DNA of 64,000 nucleotides from Acidobacteriota bacterium (GCA_028872955.1 JAGWNX010000004.1:26075-90074); one strand, 5' to 3'; counted from the stretch's first letter, positions 22,298-34,128 are shown. The notes: a model not told the origin generated them from the sequence alone. A program made the numbers and translations.

Positions 22298-22651
22298 ATG
22301 ATGCGCATGTTGCTGCACTGGATGCTGAACGCAGTGGCGCTGCTGTTGGTGTCGCGGCTGGTCCCCGGGTTTGAAGTGACCGGCTTCGCCTCTGCGCTGA
22401 TTGCTGTACTTGTGATCGGCCTGCTGAATGCGACGCTGGGCCTGCTGCTGAAGTTTGTGACGCTCCCGCTGGGCATCCTGTCGTTCGGCCTGTTCTTCCT
22501 GCTCATCAACGCCCTGATGCTGCGCTTCGCCAGCGTGCTGGTGCCGGGCTTTGTCGTTACCAGCCTTGCGGCGGCCTTCTGGGGTGCGCTGGCGCTGGCG
22601 ATCCTGCACCTGCTGTTTGGCTTTCTGGTGATGAAGCCGCAGAACAGCTAG
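22298..22651 (+). CDS. 4-TM phage-holin-like family (YvlD-like) membrane protein
   Basis: LLHWMLNAVALL..VPGFEV..LLNATLGLLLKFVTLPL..GLFFLLINA; AGGAGG SD. Confidence 0.85.
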   Translation: MMRMLLHWMLNAVALLLVSRLVPGFEVTGFASALIAVLVIGLLNATLGLLLKFVTLPLGILSFGLFFLLINALMLRFASVLVPGFVVTSLAAAFWGALALAILHLLFGFLVMKPQNS

Positions 22652-22721
22652 CAGCGCGGGGATGGGCTGACCTGTGCTCGGTTAGATGCGCTGCGCGTGA
22701 TGTTAGCGGGGCTCGGCTGCC

Positions 22722-23285
22722 TTAGGACTGGACGGCCTCAGGCAGCCCGGTGGGCAGGCCGTCGAGGCTGCGGGTGTTCTTCTCGCGCCGATACTCCACC
22801 AGTGCGTCCTCGCCCTTGACGCTGGCCCAACGCAGCAGCTGGTCCCGCTCGCCACGGTACTCATAGAACGGGACGTTCATGCCGCAGGAGGTCTGAACCA
22901 GGTCGATGACGGCCAGAATCATCTGCCGCGCACCCGGCGGCTCCTGCCCGTCAAAGTGGCTGGCCAGCAGGCTGTTGTAAGCGGCAGAGTGGCGCGGCAG
23001 CACCCGCCCCTGACCATAGAGCCGCATAATATTGGGCGCGCCTTCGAAGGCGCAGAGCATCAGCGTAATGCGACCATCGGCCAGGATGTGCGCTGCCGTC
23101 TCGTTGCTGCTTCCGGTCAGGTCCAGGTATACCACTGACGTCGGAGAGAGCACCCGCAGCGAGCGCGCATCCTTGGGCGAGAGATTAATGTGGCCATCCG
23201 CAGCCGCCGTCGCATGGAAGAAGACCTGCTGCCGCTCAATAAACTCGCGATGATCCGGCCCGATGCTGGCAAACTGTTTCCCCAT
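22722..23285 (-). CDS. Pyridoxamine 5'-phosphate oxidase family FMN-binding protein
   Basis: FIERQQVFF.ATA, INLSPK, YLDLTGSSNETAAH, QTSCG..VP.YEY. Confidence 0.88.
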   Translation of the reverse strand: MGKQFASIGPDHREFIERQQVFFHATAAADGHINLSPKDARSLRVLSPTSVVYLDLTGSSNETAAHILADGRITLMLCAFEGAPNIMRLYGQGRVLPRHSAAYNSLLASHFDGQEPPGARQMILAVIDLVQTSCGMNVPFYEYRGERDQLLRWASVKGEDALVEYRREKNTRSLDGLPTGLPEAVQS

Positions 23286-23335
23286 CGTCCCTCCATGTGT
23301 CGCCAAAGTGTCGACGATGCTGCGCCAGAAGTCTG

Positions 23336-24436
23336 CTACGCAAACTGCTCCAGAAAGCGCATATCGCCTGAGTAGAAGTGGCCGATGTCCGAGATGCCGT
23401 GCTGGATCATCGCAATGCGCTCCACGCCCATGCCAAAGGCGAAGCCGGTGATGCGGTCTGCCTGATAGGCCGGCTGCTTGCCAAGCTCCACTCTGCGCTC
23501 GTCCACCGCGGCAAACACCGCAGGATCCACCATGCCGCAGCCCAGCAGCTCAATCCAGCCGGAGTGCTTGCACTTGCGGCAACCCTTGCCACTGCAGAAG
23601 ATGCAGGATATCTGCACGTCGGCCGAAGGCTCCGTGAACGGAAAGAAGCTGGGGAAGAAGCGCGTCTTGACGGAGGCCCCAAAGAGCGCCTTCATGGCGT
23701 GGTCGAGCGTACCCTTCAGGTCAGAGAAGGTAATGTTGGTATCCACGCACAGACCTTCCACCTGGTGGAAGATGGGCGAGTGCGTGGCGTCGGCGGCGTC
23801 GTTGCGATGCACCTTGCCGGGGATGACGAGACGCAGCGGCGGCTCCTGCGCAATCATGCTGCGAATCTGTACCGGTGACGTGTGGGTACGCATCAGCAGG
23901 CGGTCGCGCGAGGGGCGCGATTGCTGCTCTGCGATCACCAGCGTGTCCTGCGTGTCGCGCGCCGGGTGGTTGGGCGGAAAGTTGAGCGCCTCAAAGTTGT
24001 AGAAGTCGCTCTCCACCTGCGGGCCAAGGTTGGTGGAGTAGCCAAGCTGATGGAAGACCGCCACGATCTCGTGCATGGTCTTGAGCAGCGGATGCTGGAT
24101 GCCCGGGGTATGGGTGGTACCGGGCAGGGTAAAGTCGATGGCTGCGGCCTTGGGTCCGGCAGCAACGGCAGGAGCCTCCAGCGCGGCCTCAATCTGCTGC
24201 TTCAGCTGGTTGAAGCGTATCCCAAGCGGTTTGCGCGCCTCGGCCGGGGCAGACTTGAGCCAGGCATCGCTGACCAGCTTCAGCCGGCCCTGCTTGCGGC
24301 CAAGCCACTGCAGGCGGAAGGCCTCAACGTCGTTGAGCGTCGCGGAGGTCTGGCACACCTCCTCGGCCAAAGTGGCAAAGGCAGCGTCGAGGGAGGGTTC
24401 GTCAAAGGCGGCAAGCTGAGGAATCGTGTCGTTCAT
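23336..24436 (-). CDS. pheS: Phenylalanine-tRNA ligase alpha subunit
   Basis: NFEALNFPPNHPARDTQDT, RTHTSPVQIR, HSPIFHQVEGL, FPFTEPS, GFAFGMGVER. Confidence 0.97.
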   Translation of the reverse strand: MNDTIPQLAAFDEPSLDAAFATLAEEVCQTSATLNDVEAFRLQWLGRKQGRLKLVSDAWLKSAPAEARKPLGIRFNQLKQQIEAALEAPAVAAGPKAAAIDFTLPGTTHTPGIQHPLLKTMHEIVAVFHQLGYSTNLGPQVESDFYNFEALNFPPNHPARDTQDTLVIAEQQSRPSRDRLLMRTHTSPVQIRSMIAQEPPLRLVIPGKVHRNDAADATHSPIFHQVEGLCVDTNITFSDLKGTLDHAMKALFGASVKTRFFPSFFPFTEPSADVQISCIFCSGKGCRKCKHSGWIELLGCGMVDPAVFAAVDERRVELGKQPAYQADRITGFAFGMGVERIAMIQHGISDIGHFYSGDMRFLEQFA

Positions 24437-24458
24437 GGTGGTCAACTAGTAGGGTAAC

Positions 24459-25946
24459 TCACAGCGAGGCGAGCACAACCAGCAGCACCAGCAGCCCCAG
24501 CAACAGGCTGCGGCGGTCGGTGACGGCGTAGACCACCGGGTCCTCGTCCAGCTGGCCGCGCGAGGCCAGCATCCACAGGCGGCTGAGCCACAACAGCAGG
24601 ATGGGCACCAGCAGCCACAGACGGCTGGTGTGGCCGTACAGCTCGGCCGCTGCCAGGTTGGAGATGTACAGCGTCAGCACGGCTACGGAGACGTATCCGG
24701 CCGAGGTGCCGAAGCTGCGCAGCTGCTCCAGATCCTGAATGTGGTAGCCGCGTCCGCTGGCAATGGCGCCACCGCGCTCGCGCAGGGCCTCCAGCTCCGC
24801 AAAGCGCTTGACGAAGGCCAGCGACAGGAAGAAGAAGATGCTGAAGCTGCCCAGCCAGGGCGAGATGGCGACGCCGGTCGCCGCTCCTCCGGCCAGAATG
24901 CGTATGGTGTACAGGCCGGAGAGCACAATCACGTCCACCAGCACGGCACGCTTGAGCCGCAGGGAGTAGGCCAGCGTGGTGGCGAGGTACACCAGCAGCC
25001 AGACGCCAAAGCTCAGGTGGTAGGGGCCATCCAGCACACGCTCCGGGGCCAGGTGGCGCACCAGCCGGGGCAGCGCAAGCGCCAGCGTGGCCGAGGCGGC
25101 AAAAAACAGCAGCAGCACGGCCACACCCGCCTGCACCGATAGATCGCCCGCAGCAAACGGCCGCCGTCGCTTGCGTGGATGGACGCGATCGGACTCCACG
25201 TCCAGCAGGTCGTTGATGATGTAGGTGGCAGAGGCACAGAGCCCGAAGGCCAGAAACGCCGTGCCGGCGCTCAGCAGCAGCGTTCGCTGGAAGGTGTGGG
25301 CCAGCAGCAGGGGCAGAAAGAGCAGCGCATTTTTAGCCCACTGGTGCAGGCGCAAGGCACGCATCCAGGCCCGCAGCGGCGCTTCCCGCTCCTCAAAGAC
25401 CAACGCCGGACGAATGCCCGCCGAGCGCAGCCGGGCGCGCAGACCCGCCGTCGGATTGGCAACCATGGGCTGTTGGCATGCCTGCAGCAGGCACAGGTCC
25501 GGGCTGGCGTTGCCGATATAGCTGAAGCCTTGCGGGAAGCGCTGCTGAAATGCGGCCAACTTGTTGCTGCCGGCCAGGTTCAGCGTCCCGTCTGAGGCCA
25601 GCACCCCGGCAAACAGCCCCAGATGCGCCGCGACACGCTCAGCCAGCCGCAGATCGGCGGCGGTGGCCAGGTAGATGGGGCGTCCGGTGGCGTGCTGCTG
25701 CTCAAGATACTGCAGCAGGGCTCGGTTGTAGGGCAGATGCTCGACATCGAGGGCCACGGCATCGGTAAGGTGCTGCTTGAGCGCCGCCTTGCCCTGCAGC
25801 AGCCAGCCCGGCAGACGGAGCAGGGTAGCCGGAGACTGGCGGGCCAACACCAGCGTAGAATCGTACAGCGTATCCGACTTAACCAGCGTGCCGTCCAGAT
25901 CGACACAGAGCGGGACATCAGGTTGGGGCGCACCGTAGTTGGGCAA
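24459..25946 (-). CDS. UbiA family prenyltransferase with N-terminal HAD-like domain
   Basis: VDLDGTLVKSD (HAD), LRLHQWAKN, YIINDLLDVESDRVHPRKRRRP, KRFAE, EDPV. Confidence 0.9.
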   Translation of the reverse strand: MPNYGAPQPDVPLCVDLDGTLVKSDTLYDSTLVLARQSPATLLRLPGWLLQGKAALKQHLTDAVALDVEHLPYNRALLQYLEQQHATGRPIYLATAADLRLAERVAAHLGLFAGVLASDGTLNLAGSNKLAAFQQRFPQGFSYIGNASPDLCLLQACQQPMVANPTAGLRARLRSAGIRPALVFEEREAPLRAWMRALRLHQWAKNALLFLPLLLAHTFQRTLLLSAGTAFLAFGLCASATYIINDLLDVESDRVHPRKRRRPFAAGDLSVQAGVAVLLLFFAASATLALALPRLVRHLAPERVLDGPYHLSFGVWLLVYLATTLAYSLRLKRAVLVDVIVLSGLYTIRILAGGAATGVAISPWLGSFSIFFFLSLAFVKRFAELEALRERGGAIASGRGYHIQDLEQLRSFGTSAGYVSVAVLTLYISNLAAAELYGHTSRLWLLVPILLLWLSRLWMLASRGQLDEDPVVYAVTDRRSLLLGLLVLLVVLASL

Positions 25947-26137
25947 GGCGAACTCGTCCTTTGGGGCAGTAGGCAGCAGAAAGAGGTCCTCTGCGTCGCG
26001 GCTGACACGCAGAAATTACTTGCAACCTATAACATACGACTTTCGTCATTATGACGTGTGGGAGCGTGCCGTGCAGCACCGGCAGCTATCGAAAACGTCC
26101 ATCTTGAATCAATATCTCTAGGAACGGTGGGAGTACC

Positions 26138-27550
26138 ATGTCATCTCTGCACATCTCAGCCCCGGAACAGCGCGCGGACGCGGATAAGGGCGCCAGCCAA
26201 CCCGAAGTGCCGCAGCAGGGGTCCTCGGGCCGGAAGTGGGTGGTTATCGCAGTCCTTCTGCTGGCGGTCGTCGCCGCCGTGTGGAAGATCCGGGCGAATC
26301 GTGCCGAGCAGGAGGCGCAGAGCAACCGGATGATGGCGATGGGCGACCGGCCGGTGCCGGTGCTGGTACAGCCCGTGGTGAGCAAGACCATGCCCATCTA
26401 TCTGACGGCGCTGGGGACCGTCACGGCCTACAACACCGTCACCATCAAGTCCCGTGTGGACGGGCAGCTGCTGCAGGTCTTTGTGCGCGAGGGTCAGGCC
26501 GTCCGCAAGGGCCAGTTGCTGATGCAGATTGATCCGGCTCCGTACCAGGCCGCACTGGCCCAGGCGCAGGGCAATCTGGTGAAGGACCAGGCCAACGCGG
26601 CCAACGCTGAGGCCGAGGCGGCGCGATACACGGCGCTCTACCAGGCGGGCGTGGTCTCCAAGGAGAGCCAGCAGTCGCAGATCTCCAGCGCGGGCCAGGC
26701 CAGCGGCTCCATTGACGCGGACAAGGCCGCCATTCAGGCGGCGCGGGTGAATGTCGCCTACACGCGCATCACCTCGCCGATCGACGGCGTGGTTGGCCTG
26801 CGCCAGGTTGACCCGGGCAACATCGTCCACGCTTCCGACACGACGGGTCTGCTGGTCGTGACCCAGGTGCAACCGATTACCGTCATCTTTACCCTGCCCG
26901 AGGACCAGGTTCCGCAGGTGCAGCAGCTGGTGCGCGCAGGCAAAAAGCTGACGGTCGAGGCGTATGACCGCTCGCAGAGCACGCACCTGGCGACCGGCAC
27001 GCTGTTGACGCTGGACAACGTGATCGACACGACCACCGGCACGGTGAAGGGCAAGGCAGTCTTTGATAACCGCGATGGGGCGCTGTTTCCGAACCAGTTC
27101 GTGAATGTGCGGCTGATTCTGGAAGACCGGCCTAATACGTTGGTGATTCCGGCAGTGGCGCTGCAGTCTGGCGTGAACGGCAGCTTTGTGTACGTGATGA
27201 AGGCCGGGCAGCAGGCTGCGGCGCAGCCCTCGGCAGAGGCCGCAGCGGCTCCGGGTGGCGCATCAGGTAGCGCATCAGGTGGTCATGGCTTCAACGGTCC
27301 TACCGGCACGGTTGAGGCACGGTCGGTCAAGGTGGACTTGACGGAGGGCGCTCAGATTCTGCTGGAGAGCGGCCTGCGGCCGGGCGAGATGATCGTGGTC
27401 GACGGGCAGGAGAAGCTGAAGGACGGAGCCAAGGTGATTCCGCATCAGGCCACGGCGCCGGCAGCACCCGCAAGTGGGGCGGCGCGTCAGCCTGCACCGG
27501 CTGATGCGGCTGCGGCGCAGCGCCACACCGCGCAGGAGAAGCAGCCATGA
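26138..27550 (+). CDS. mdtA: RND efflux periplasmic adaptor subunit
   Basis: N-terminal TM helix, [52 protein letters not shown]. Confidence 0.9.
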   Translation: MSSLHISAPEQRADADKGASQPEVPQQGSSGRKWVVIAVLLLAVVAAVWKIRANRAEQEAQSNRMMAMGDRPVPVLVQPVVSKTMPIYLTALGTVTAYNTVTIKSRVDGQLLQVFVREGQAVRKGQLLMQIDPAPYQAALAQAQGNLVKDQANAANAEAEAARYTALYQAGVVSKESQQSQISSAGQASGSIDADKAAIQAARVNVAYTRITSPIDGVVGLRQVDPGNIVHASDTTGLLVVTQVQPITVIFTLPEDQVPQVQQLVRAGKKLTVEAYDRSQSTHLATGTLLTLDNVIDTTTGTVKGKAVFDNRDGALFPNQFVNVRLILEDRPNTLVIPAVALQSGVNGSFVYVMKAGQQAAAQPSAEAAAAPGGASGSASGGHGFNGPTGTVEARSVKVDLTEGAQILLESGLRPGEMIVVDGQEKLKDGAKVIPHQATAPAAPASGAARQPAPADAAAAQRHTAQEKQP

Positions 27551-30500
27551 GCCCGTCACGGCCGTTTATTCTGCGGCCGGTCGCCACCGCGTTGCTGATG
27601 GTGGCCATTCTGCTGGCGGGCTTCGTCGCCTACCTGCAGCTGCCGGTCTCGGCACTGCCGCAGGTGGATTATCCGACGATTCAGGTGATGACGTTTTACC
27701 CGGGGGCAAGCCCGGAGGTGATGGCGTCGTCAGTGACCTCACCTCTGGAGCGGCAGTTCGGCCAGATTCCGGGCCTGAGCCAGATGACCTCCACCAGCTC
27801 GGGTGGCGGCAGCGTGATTACGTTGCAGTTCACCCTGGCGGAGAGCATCGACGTTGCCCAGCAGGACGTGCAGGCCGCCATCAACGCGGCCTCCAGCTAC
27901 CTGCCCAAGGATCTGCCGAACCCACCGGTCTACAGCAAGGTGAATCCGGCGGACGCGCCGATTCTGACCCTGGCGCTGACCAGCGATACGCTGCCGCTCT
28001 CGCAGGTGGAAGACCTTGCCGATACGCTGCTGGCCCAGAAGATCTCGCAGCTCTCCGGCGTGGGCCTGGTTTCGATTGCGGGCGGGCAGAAGCCTGCGGT
28101 GCGGATCCAGGCGAATCCGATGGCACTGGCGAACTATGGCCTGAGCCTGGAGGATGTTCGCTCTGCCCTGGCGACGGCCAACGTCGACCAGGCCAAGGGC
28201 AATCTGAACGGGCGCACACAAGCCTACACCATCGGCGCGAATGACCAGTTGCTGAGCAGCGCCGACTACAGCCAGGTGATTATCGCCTACCGCAACGGAT
28301 CGCCAGTCCGGCTCTCCGACGTAGCCAATGCCGTGGACAGCGCCGAAAATCTGTACCAGGCGGCGTGGATGGGTTACGCGGCCCGGTCGGCCAGCACCGA
28401 TGCCAACGGCCAGTCGGTGGCGGCGCAGGATGCGGTGCTGAAGCCTGCGGTGATCATCAACATCCAGCGCCAGCCCGGTGCCAACATCATCGGCGTAGTG
28501 AACGAAGTAACGGCGCTGTTGCCGCAGCTGCGCAGTTCCCTGCCCAACAGCGTGTCGTTGCAGGTGCTGACCGACCGAACCAACACGATTCGCGCCTCGG
28601 TCAAGGACGTGCAGTTTGAGCTGGTGCTGACCATCGCGCTGGTGGTGATGGTGATCTTCCTGTTTCTGCGTTCGCTGGCAGCCACCATCATTCCGTCGGT
28701 CGCGGTGCCGCTGTCGATCATCGGCACCTTCGGCATCATGTACCTGCTGGGCTACAGCCTGAACAACCTGAGCCTGATGGCGCTCACCATCTCCACCGGC
28801 TTCGTCGTGGACGATGCGATCGTCATGATCGAGAACATCGCGCGCTACCTGGAAGAGGGCGACACGCCATTGCAGGCCGCGCTCAAAGGCTCGGAGCAGA
28901 TCGGCTTCACCATCGTCTCGCTCACGGTCTCGCTGATCGCCGTGCTGATTCCGCTGCTGTTCATGGGCGATATCGTCGGCCGGCTGTTCCGCGAGTTTGC
29001 GGTCACCCTGGCCGTCACCATTCTGGTCTCGGCGTTTGTGTCACTCACGCTGACGCCGATGATGTCGGCCCGACTGCTGAAGCACACGCCCGAGAGTGAG
29101 CAGGGCGCCTTCTACCATCAGAGCGAGCGCTTCTTCAACGCCGTGATTGCGCGCTACGGCAAGGGCGTCAAGTGGGTGCTGCGCCACCAGACGCTGACGC
29201 TGCTGGTCACGCTGGGCACCTTCCTGCTCACCATCTACCTGTACATCATCGTGCCCAAGGGCTTCTTCCCGGTGCAGGATACGGGGGTGTTGCTGGGCAT
29301 CACCGAGGCACCGCAGACAGTCAGCTTCCAGGGCATGTCAGACCGGCAGCAGGCGCTGGCACGCATCATTCTGCAGGACCCCGATGTGGAGAGCGTCTCC
29401 TCGTTTATTGGGATCGACGGGACCAATATGACGCTGAACAGCGGCCGCATCCAGATCAACCTGCGCGACCGCGAGCAGCGCACAGCCAGCGCCGTAGAGG
29501 TGATGCAGCGGCTGCAGCCCAGGCTGGCCCAGATTGACGGCATCCAGTGCTACCTGCAGCCCCTGCAGGACCTGACCGTGGAAGATCGCGTGAGCCGTAC
29601 CCAGTACCAGTTCAGCCTGGAAGATGCCAACCAGGAAGAGCTGACCGAGTGGACCGCTCGCGTGATGGACAGGCTGAAGCAGATTCCCATTCTGACGGAT
29701 CTGGCCAGCGACGAACAGTTGAGCGGTCTGAACGCCAACCTGGTGATTGACCGGGATACGGCAGCGCGATTGGGCATTACGCCGCAGAACATCGACGACA
29801 CGCTCGACGATGCCTTCGGTCAGCGCCAGGTCTCCACCATGTTTACGCAGAAGAATCAGTATCACGTGGTGCTGGAGGTCGCGCCGAAGTTCCAGCGCAC
29901 GCCGCAGTCGCTGGACAACATCTATGTGAAGAGCTCCAACGGGACACAGGTTCCGCTGTCAGCCTTTACGCACTTTGAGCCTACGCAGACCTCGCTGGCG
30001 ATCAATCACCAGGGGCAGTTTCCGGTGGTTACGCTCAGCTTCAACCTGGCACCGGGCAAGTCGATTGGCGATGCCGTCACCGCCGTCAACCAGGCCACCC
30101 GCGAGCTGAATATGCCGGCCAGCGTCCATGCGGAGTTCCAGGGCACGGCAGCCTCCTTTGAGGCCTCGCTGGCGAATGAGCCCATCCTGATTCTCGCGGC
30201 GTTGATCGTGGTCTACATCGTGCTGGGCGTGCTGTACGAGAGCTACATCCACCCCATCACCATCCTCTCCACGCTGCCCTCGGCGGGCGTCGGGGCGATT
30301 CTGGCGCTGCTGCTGTTCCACGTCGATCTCAGCGTGATTGCGCTGATCGGCATCATCCTGCTGATCGGCATTGTGAAGAAGAACGCCATCATGATGATCG
30401 ACTTTGCCCTGGAGGCAGAGCGCGACCACAACATGCCGCCTGAGGAGGCGATCTACCAGGCCTGCCTGCTGCGCTTCCGCCCCATTATGATGACGACCAT

Positions 30501-30738
30501 GGCCGCGCTGCTGGGCGGCGTGCCGCTGGCGCTGGGTACGGGCACCGGCAGCGAGCTGCGTCGTCCGCTGGGCATCACGATTGTGGGCGGGCTCATCGTC
30601 TCGCAGATTCTTACGCTGTTCACCACACCGGTGGTGTATTTGTTCTTTGACCGCATCGGTCGACGGTACTTTGGCTCTGCAGAGGCGGATGCGGAGATGC
30701 GGGCCCATGAGCTGCAAAGCCCCGTAGGAGCCGACTGA
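27547..30738 (+). CDS. mdtB: RND efflux permease, MdtB-like
   Basis: [57 protein letters not shown]. Confidence 0.9.
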   Translation: MSPSRPFILRPVATALLMVAILLAGFVAYLQLPVSALPQVDYPTIQVMTFYPGASPEVMASSVTSPLERQFGQIPGLSQMTSTSSGGGSVITLQFTLAESIDVAQQDVQAAINAASSYLPKDLPNPPVYSKVNPADAPILTLALTSDTLPLSQVEDLADTLLAQKISQLSGVGLVSIAGGQKPAVRIQANPMALANYGLSLEDVRSALATANVDQAKGNLNGRTQAYTIGANDQLLSSADYSQVIIAYRNGSPVRLSDVANAVDSAENLYQAAWMGYAARSASTDANGQSVAAQDAVLKPAVIINIQRQPGANIIGVVNEVTALLPQLRSSLPNSVSLQVLTDRTNTIRASVKDVQFELVLTIALVVMVIFLFLRSLAATIIPSVAVPLSIIGTFGIMYLLGYSLNNLSLMALTISTGFVVDDAIVMIENIARYLEEGDTPLQAALKGSEQIGFTIVSLTVSLIAVLIPLLFMGDIVGRLFREFAVTLAVTILVSAFVSLTLTPMMSARLLKHTPESEQGAFYHQSERFFNAVIARYGKGVKWVLRHQTLTLLVTLGTFLLTIYLYIIVPKGFFPVQDTGVLLGITEAPQTVSFQGMSDRQQALARIILQDPDVESVSSFIGIDGTNMTLNSGRIQINLRDREQRTASAVEVMQRLQPRLAQIDGIQCYLQPLQDLTVEDRVSRTQYQFSLEDANQEELTEWTARVMDRLKQIPILTDLASDEQLSGLNANLVIDRDTAARLGITPQNIDDTLDDAFGQRQVSTMFTQKNQYHVVLEVAPKFQRTPQSLDNIYVKSSNGTQVPLSAFTHFEPTQTSLAINHQGQFPVVTLSFNLAPGKSIGDAVTAVNQATRELNMPASVHAEFQGTAASFEASLANEPILILAALIVVYIVLGVLYESYIHPITILSTLPSAGVGAILALLLFHVDLSVIALIGIILLIGIVKKNAIMMIDFALEAERDHNMPPEEAIYQACLLRFRPIMMTTMAALLGGVPLALGTGTGSELRRPLGITIVGGLIVSQILTLFTTPVVYLFFDRIGRRYFGSAEADAEMRAHELQSPVGAD

Positions 30739-33700
30739 TGGCGATCGACCTGAAAGGCGTGCACTTCTCCGCTCCGTTCATCAAGCGGCCGGTCGCGACG
30801 TTTCTCCTTTCGATCGCTGTCATCCTGGCGGGTATCGGGGCGTACACGCTGCTTCCTGTGTCGAGCCTGCCGCAGGTGGAGTACCCGGTCATCTCGGTAG
30901 GTGCGGCGCTGCCTGGGGCCGATCCGGAGACCATGGCCAGCGCGGTGGCCACGCCGCTGGAGCGCCAGTTCAGTCGCATCGCCGGCATCAACCAGATGAC
31001 GTCGAGTTCGACGATGGGCACGGCCTCGATCACCATGCAGTTTGACCTGAGCCGTGACGTCAATGGCGCGGCTCGCGATGTGCAGGCGGCCATCAACGCC
31101 GCGGCCAGCCAGCTGCCGGCTAATCTGCCCGCGAACCCGACCTATCGCAAGATCAACCCCTCGGACGCGCCCATTATGATTCTGGCGCTCACCTCCGACA
31201 CGCTGGGCGTTCCGCAGCTCTATGACGCCTCAGACAGCGTGCTGGCACAAAAGATTGCGCAGGTGCCGGGCGTGGGACAGGTGTTCACCGGCGGCAGCGC
31301 CAAGCCCGCAGTCCGGGTGGAGGTAAACCCCACGCAACTGGCCGCCTACGGAGTGGGGCTCGAGGCTCTGCGTGCCGTCATCGGTCAGGCAAACGTGAAT
31401 CAGGCCAAGGGCTACCTGATGGACGATACGACGCGGATGTCGATCAGTTCCACCGATCAGCTCTTTGGTGCCGATGCGTACAAGTCGCTGATTGTGGCAA
31501 CGGACCGCGGCCCCGTGAGCACGGCCTCGGCGAACAGCGGACTCCCCTCCTCGCTGCAGAGTGCGGTGGCCGCCAGCAGCAGTACTGCCGCCAGCACAGC
31601 GGCGGCGCCAGCGCCAGCACAGGGCTCCCCGGCCCAGGCACACGGTGCGCTGCGCATTTCGGATGTGGCGGAGGTGACGGACTCGGTCGAGGACATCCAC
31701 ACCGGCGGCACGTTCAACGGCACGCCAGCCATTCTGGTCGTTATCTTCAAGTCGCCTGGCGCCAACGTCATTGAGACGGTGGACAACATTCGTAAGCGAC
31801 TGCCGGAGCTGCGCGCGTCCATCTCGCCGGCCATTCGCGTGGATGTAGCACTGGACCGCACCTCGACGATCCGTGCCAGCGTTCGCGATGTCACGCGCAC
31901 GCTGGTGATCTCGATTGTGCTGGTCATCCTGGTCGTGTTTGCGTTTCTTCGGGAGTTCCGCTCTACGTTGATTCCCAGCGTCTCGGTGCCGCTCAGCCTG
32001 TTGGGTACGTTTGGCATCATGTACCTGCTGGGCTACACGCTGGACAACCTGAGCCTGATGGCGCTCACCATCTCCACCGGGTTTGTGGTGGACGACGCCA
32101 TTGTGGTGATTGAGAACATCAGTCGCCATCTCGAGGCAGGCATGAAGCCCTTTGACGCGGCGATGCTGGGCTCCAAGGAGATCGGCTTTACGGTGCTTTC
32201 CATGAGCACCTCACTGATCGCCGTCTTCATCCCGATCCTGTTGATGGGCGGCATCGTCGGGCGACTGTTCCGCGAGTTTGCCGTCACGCTGTCCGCAGCC
32301 ATCCTGGTCTCGCTGGTCGTCTCGCTCACCACCACGCCCATGCTGAGCGCCAAGTTTCTGGAGCCGCACGACCGGCGCAAGCACGGCGCATGGTTCAAGC
32401 GTGGCGAGCGGGCGCTGGCGTGGATGACGGAAGAGTACGCGCGCGGCCTGCGCTGGGTGCTGAAGCGGCAGGGTTTCATGCTGGCCGTCACCATTGGCAC
32501 ATTTGTCCTCAATATCTATCTCTTCATCCTGGTGCCGAAGGGCTTCTTCCCACAGCAGGACACAGGTCGGCTTACGGCGATGGTGCTTGGGCAGCAGGAC
32601 GTCTCCTTCGACGACATGAAGGCGAAGATGAAGACGCTCGCCACAATCGTGGAGAAGGACCCTGCGGTGGAGAACGTCATGGCCTTCCTGGGTGGTGGCG
32701 GCCCGGGCGGCGGCGGCTCCAACAGCGGGCGAATGTTCATCTTTCTGAAAGACAGCCAAAAGCGCCTGAAGGCGGGCGATACGACCGATGTGATCATGAG
32801 CCGACTGCGGCCCAAGGTCAGCGGCCTGCCCGGAGTGCAGCTGTTTCTGCAGCCGCAGCAGGAGCTGAACATCGGCGGACGTCCTACGGCGACTCAGTAC
32901 CAGTACACCCTCACCTCAGACAACCTGGACGATCTGGACACATGGGCTCCGCGCCTGGAGGCAGCGATGCAGAAGCTGCCCGCACTCAAGGACGTGGCCA
33001 GCGACCAGCTCAACCAGGGGCTGCGCGCCCAACTGGTGATCGACCGGGACACGGCCAGCCGCCTGGGCGTCTCGCCCCTGGCGATCGATGCCACGCTCTC
33101 CGATGCTTTCGGACAGCGTCAGGTATCGACCACCTACAAGTCGCTGAACCAGTACCACGTGGTGATGGAGGTGGCTCCGCAGTACCAGGCTGATCCGGAT
33201 GCGCTGAAGAACATCTACGTGAAGAGCACGAACGGCAGCGAGGTTCCGCTGGCAGCGGTCACGCACTTTGAGTCGCAACGCATTCCTCTGGTCGTCAACC
33301 ACCAGGGCCTCTCGGCAGCGGCCACGCTCAGCTTCAACCTGACTCCCGGAGCGTCGCTGAGTGAGGCAACCGAGCAGATTGAGCAGGCACGCATCGAGAT
33401 TGGCATGCCATCCACCGTTCATGGCGGATTCCAGGGCTCGGCGCAGGCCTACCAGGCCTCACTCTCCTCGGAGCCGTATCTCATTCTGCTCGCCGTCATC
33501 TCGGTCTACATCGTGCTGGGCATGCTGTACGAGAGCTTCATCCACCCCATCACGATTCTCTCCACGCTGCCCTCGGCAGGTGTCGGCGCGCTGCTGGCGC
33601 TGCTGCTGTTCAAGGTCGAGCTCAGCGTCATTGCGATGATCGGCATCATTCTGCTGATCGGTATTGTGAAGAAGAACGCCATCATGATGATCGACTTCGC

Positions 33701-34025
33701 CCTGGTGCAGGAACGCGAGTACGGCAAGCCGCCGCAGGAGGCCATCTACGAGGCGTGCCTGCTGCGCTTCCGGCCGATCATGATGACCACCATGGCGGCG
33801 CTGCTGGGCGGCCTGCCGCTGGCTCTGGGTACGGGCACCGGCAGTGAGTTGCGCCGCCCGCTGGGCATCACCATCGTCGGCGGACTCATCGTCTCGCAGG
33901 CGCTCACCCTGTTCACCACGCCGGTGGTCTACCTGATGTTTGACCGGCTGCGTGCCTTCCTGGCCCGGCTGCGGGGCAAGAGCGGCGAGATGCAGCGGCT
34001 TCCGCAGGTGGTTGCTGGGGACTAG
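30738..34025 (+). CDS. mdtC: RND efflux permease, MdtC-like
   Basis: Second tandem AcrB-family permease carrying the same motifs. Confidence 0.88.
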   Translation: MAIDLKGVHFSAPFIKRPVATFLLSIAVILAGIGAYTLLPVSSLPQVEYPVISVGAALPGADPETMASAVATPLERQFSRIAGINQMTSSSTMGTASITMQFDLSRDVNGAARDVQAAINAAASQLPANLPANPTYRKINPSDAPIMILALTSDTLGVPQLYDASDSVLAQKIAQVPGVGQVFTGGSAKPAVRVEVNPTQLAAYGVGLEALRAVIGQANVNQAKGYLMDDTTRMSISSTDQLFGADAYKSLIVATDRGPVSTASANSGLPSSLQSAVAASSSTAASTAAAPAPAQGSPAQAHGALRISDVAEVTDSVEDIHTGGTFNGTPAILVVIFKSPGANVIETVDNIRKRLPELRASISPAIRVDVALDRTSTIRASVRDVTRTLVISIVLVILVVFAFLREFRSTLIPSVSVPLSLLGTFGIMYLLGYTLDNLSLMALTISTGFVVDDAIVVIENISRHLEAGMKPFDAAMLGSKEIGFTVLSMSTSLIAVFIPILLMGGIVGRLFREFAVTLSAAILVSLVVSLTTTPMLSAKFLEPHDRRKHGAWFKRGERALAWMTEEYARGLRWVLKRQGFMLAVTIGTFVLNIYLFILVPKGFFPQQDTGRLTAMVLGQQDVSFDDMKAKMKTLATIVEKDPAVENVMAFLGGGGPGGGGSNSGRMFIFLKDSQKRLKAGDTTDVIMSRLRPKVSGLPGVQLFLQPQQELNIGGRPTATQYQYTLTSDNLDDLDTWAPRLEAAMQKLPALKDVASDQLNQGLRAQLVIDRDTASRLGVSPLAIDATLSDAFGQRQVSTTYKSLNQYHVVMEVAPQYQADPDALKNIYVKSTNGSEVPLAAVTHFESQRIPLVVNHQGLSAAATLSFNLTPGASLSEATEQIEQARIEIGMPSTVHGGFQGSAQAYQASLSSEPYLILLAVISVYIVLGMLYESFIHPITILSTLPSAGVGALLALLLFKVELSVIAMIGIILLIGIVKKNAIMMIDFALVQEREYGKPPQEAIYEACLLRFRPIMMTTMAALLGGLPLALGTGTGSELRRPLGITIVGGLIVSQALTLFTTPVVYLMFDRLRAFLARLRGKSGEMQRLPQVVAGD

Positions 34026-34056
34026 CCTGCCCTGCGCGCACGGCAGCGCACCACGA

Positions 34057-34099
34057 AAGCGGGGCCACAGTCCAGTGACTGCGGCCCCGCTTCTTTGTT
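34057..34099. terminator. Terminator hairpin between mdtC and glgP
   Basis: AAGCGGGGCCACAGTC-cagt-GACTGCGGCCCCGCTT followed by CTTTGTT. Confidence 0.75.
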
Positions 34100-34128
34100 C
34101 CCTATTTAGCTGCTTGGAGTGTTGCCCG

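Noticed and set aside
22298-22651. Holin-like gene as evidence of a prophage
   Set aside because: This 4-TM family is commonly chromosomal, and no phage genes are nearby.
28764-33870. Identical 30-45 bp stretches shared by mdtB and mdtC
   Set aside because: They are explained by conserved TM motifs in tandem paralogs under strong codon bias.
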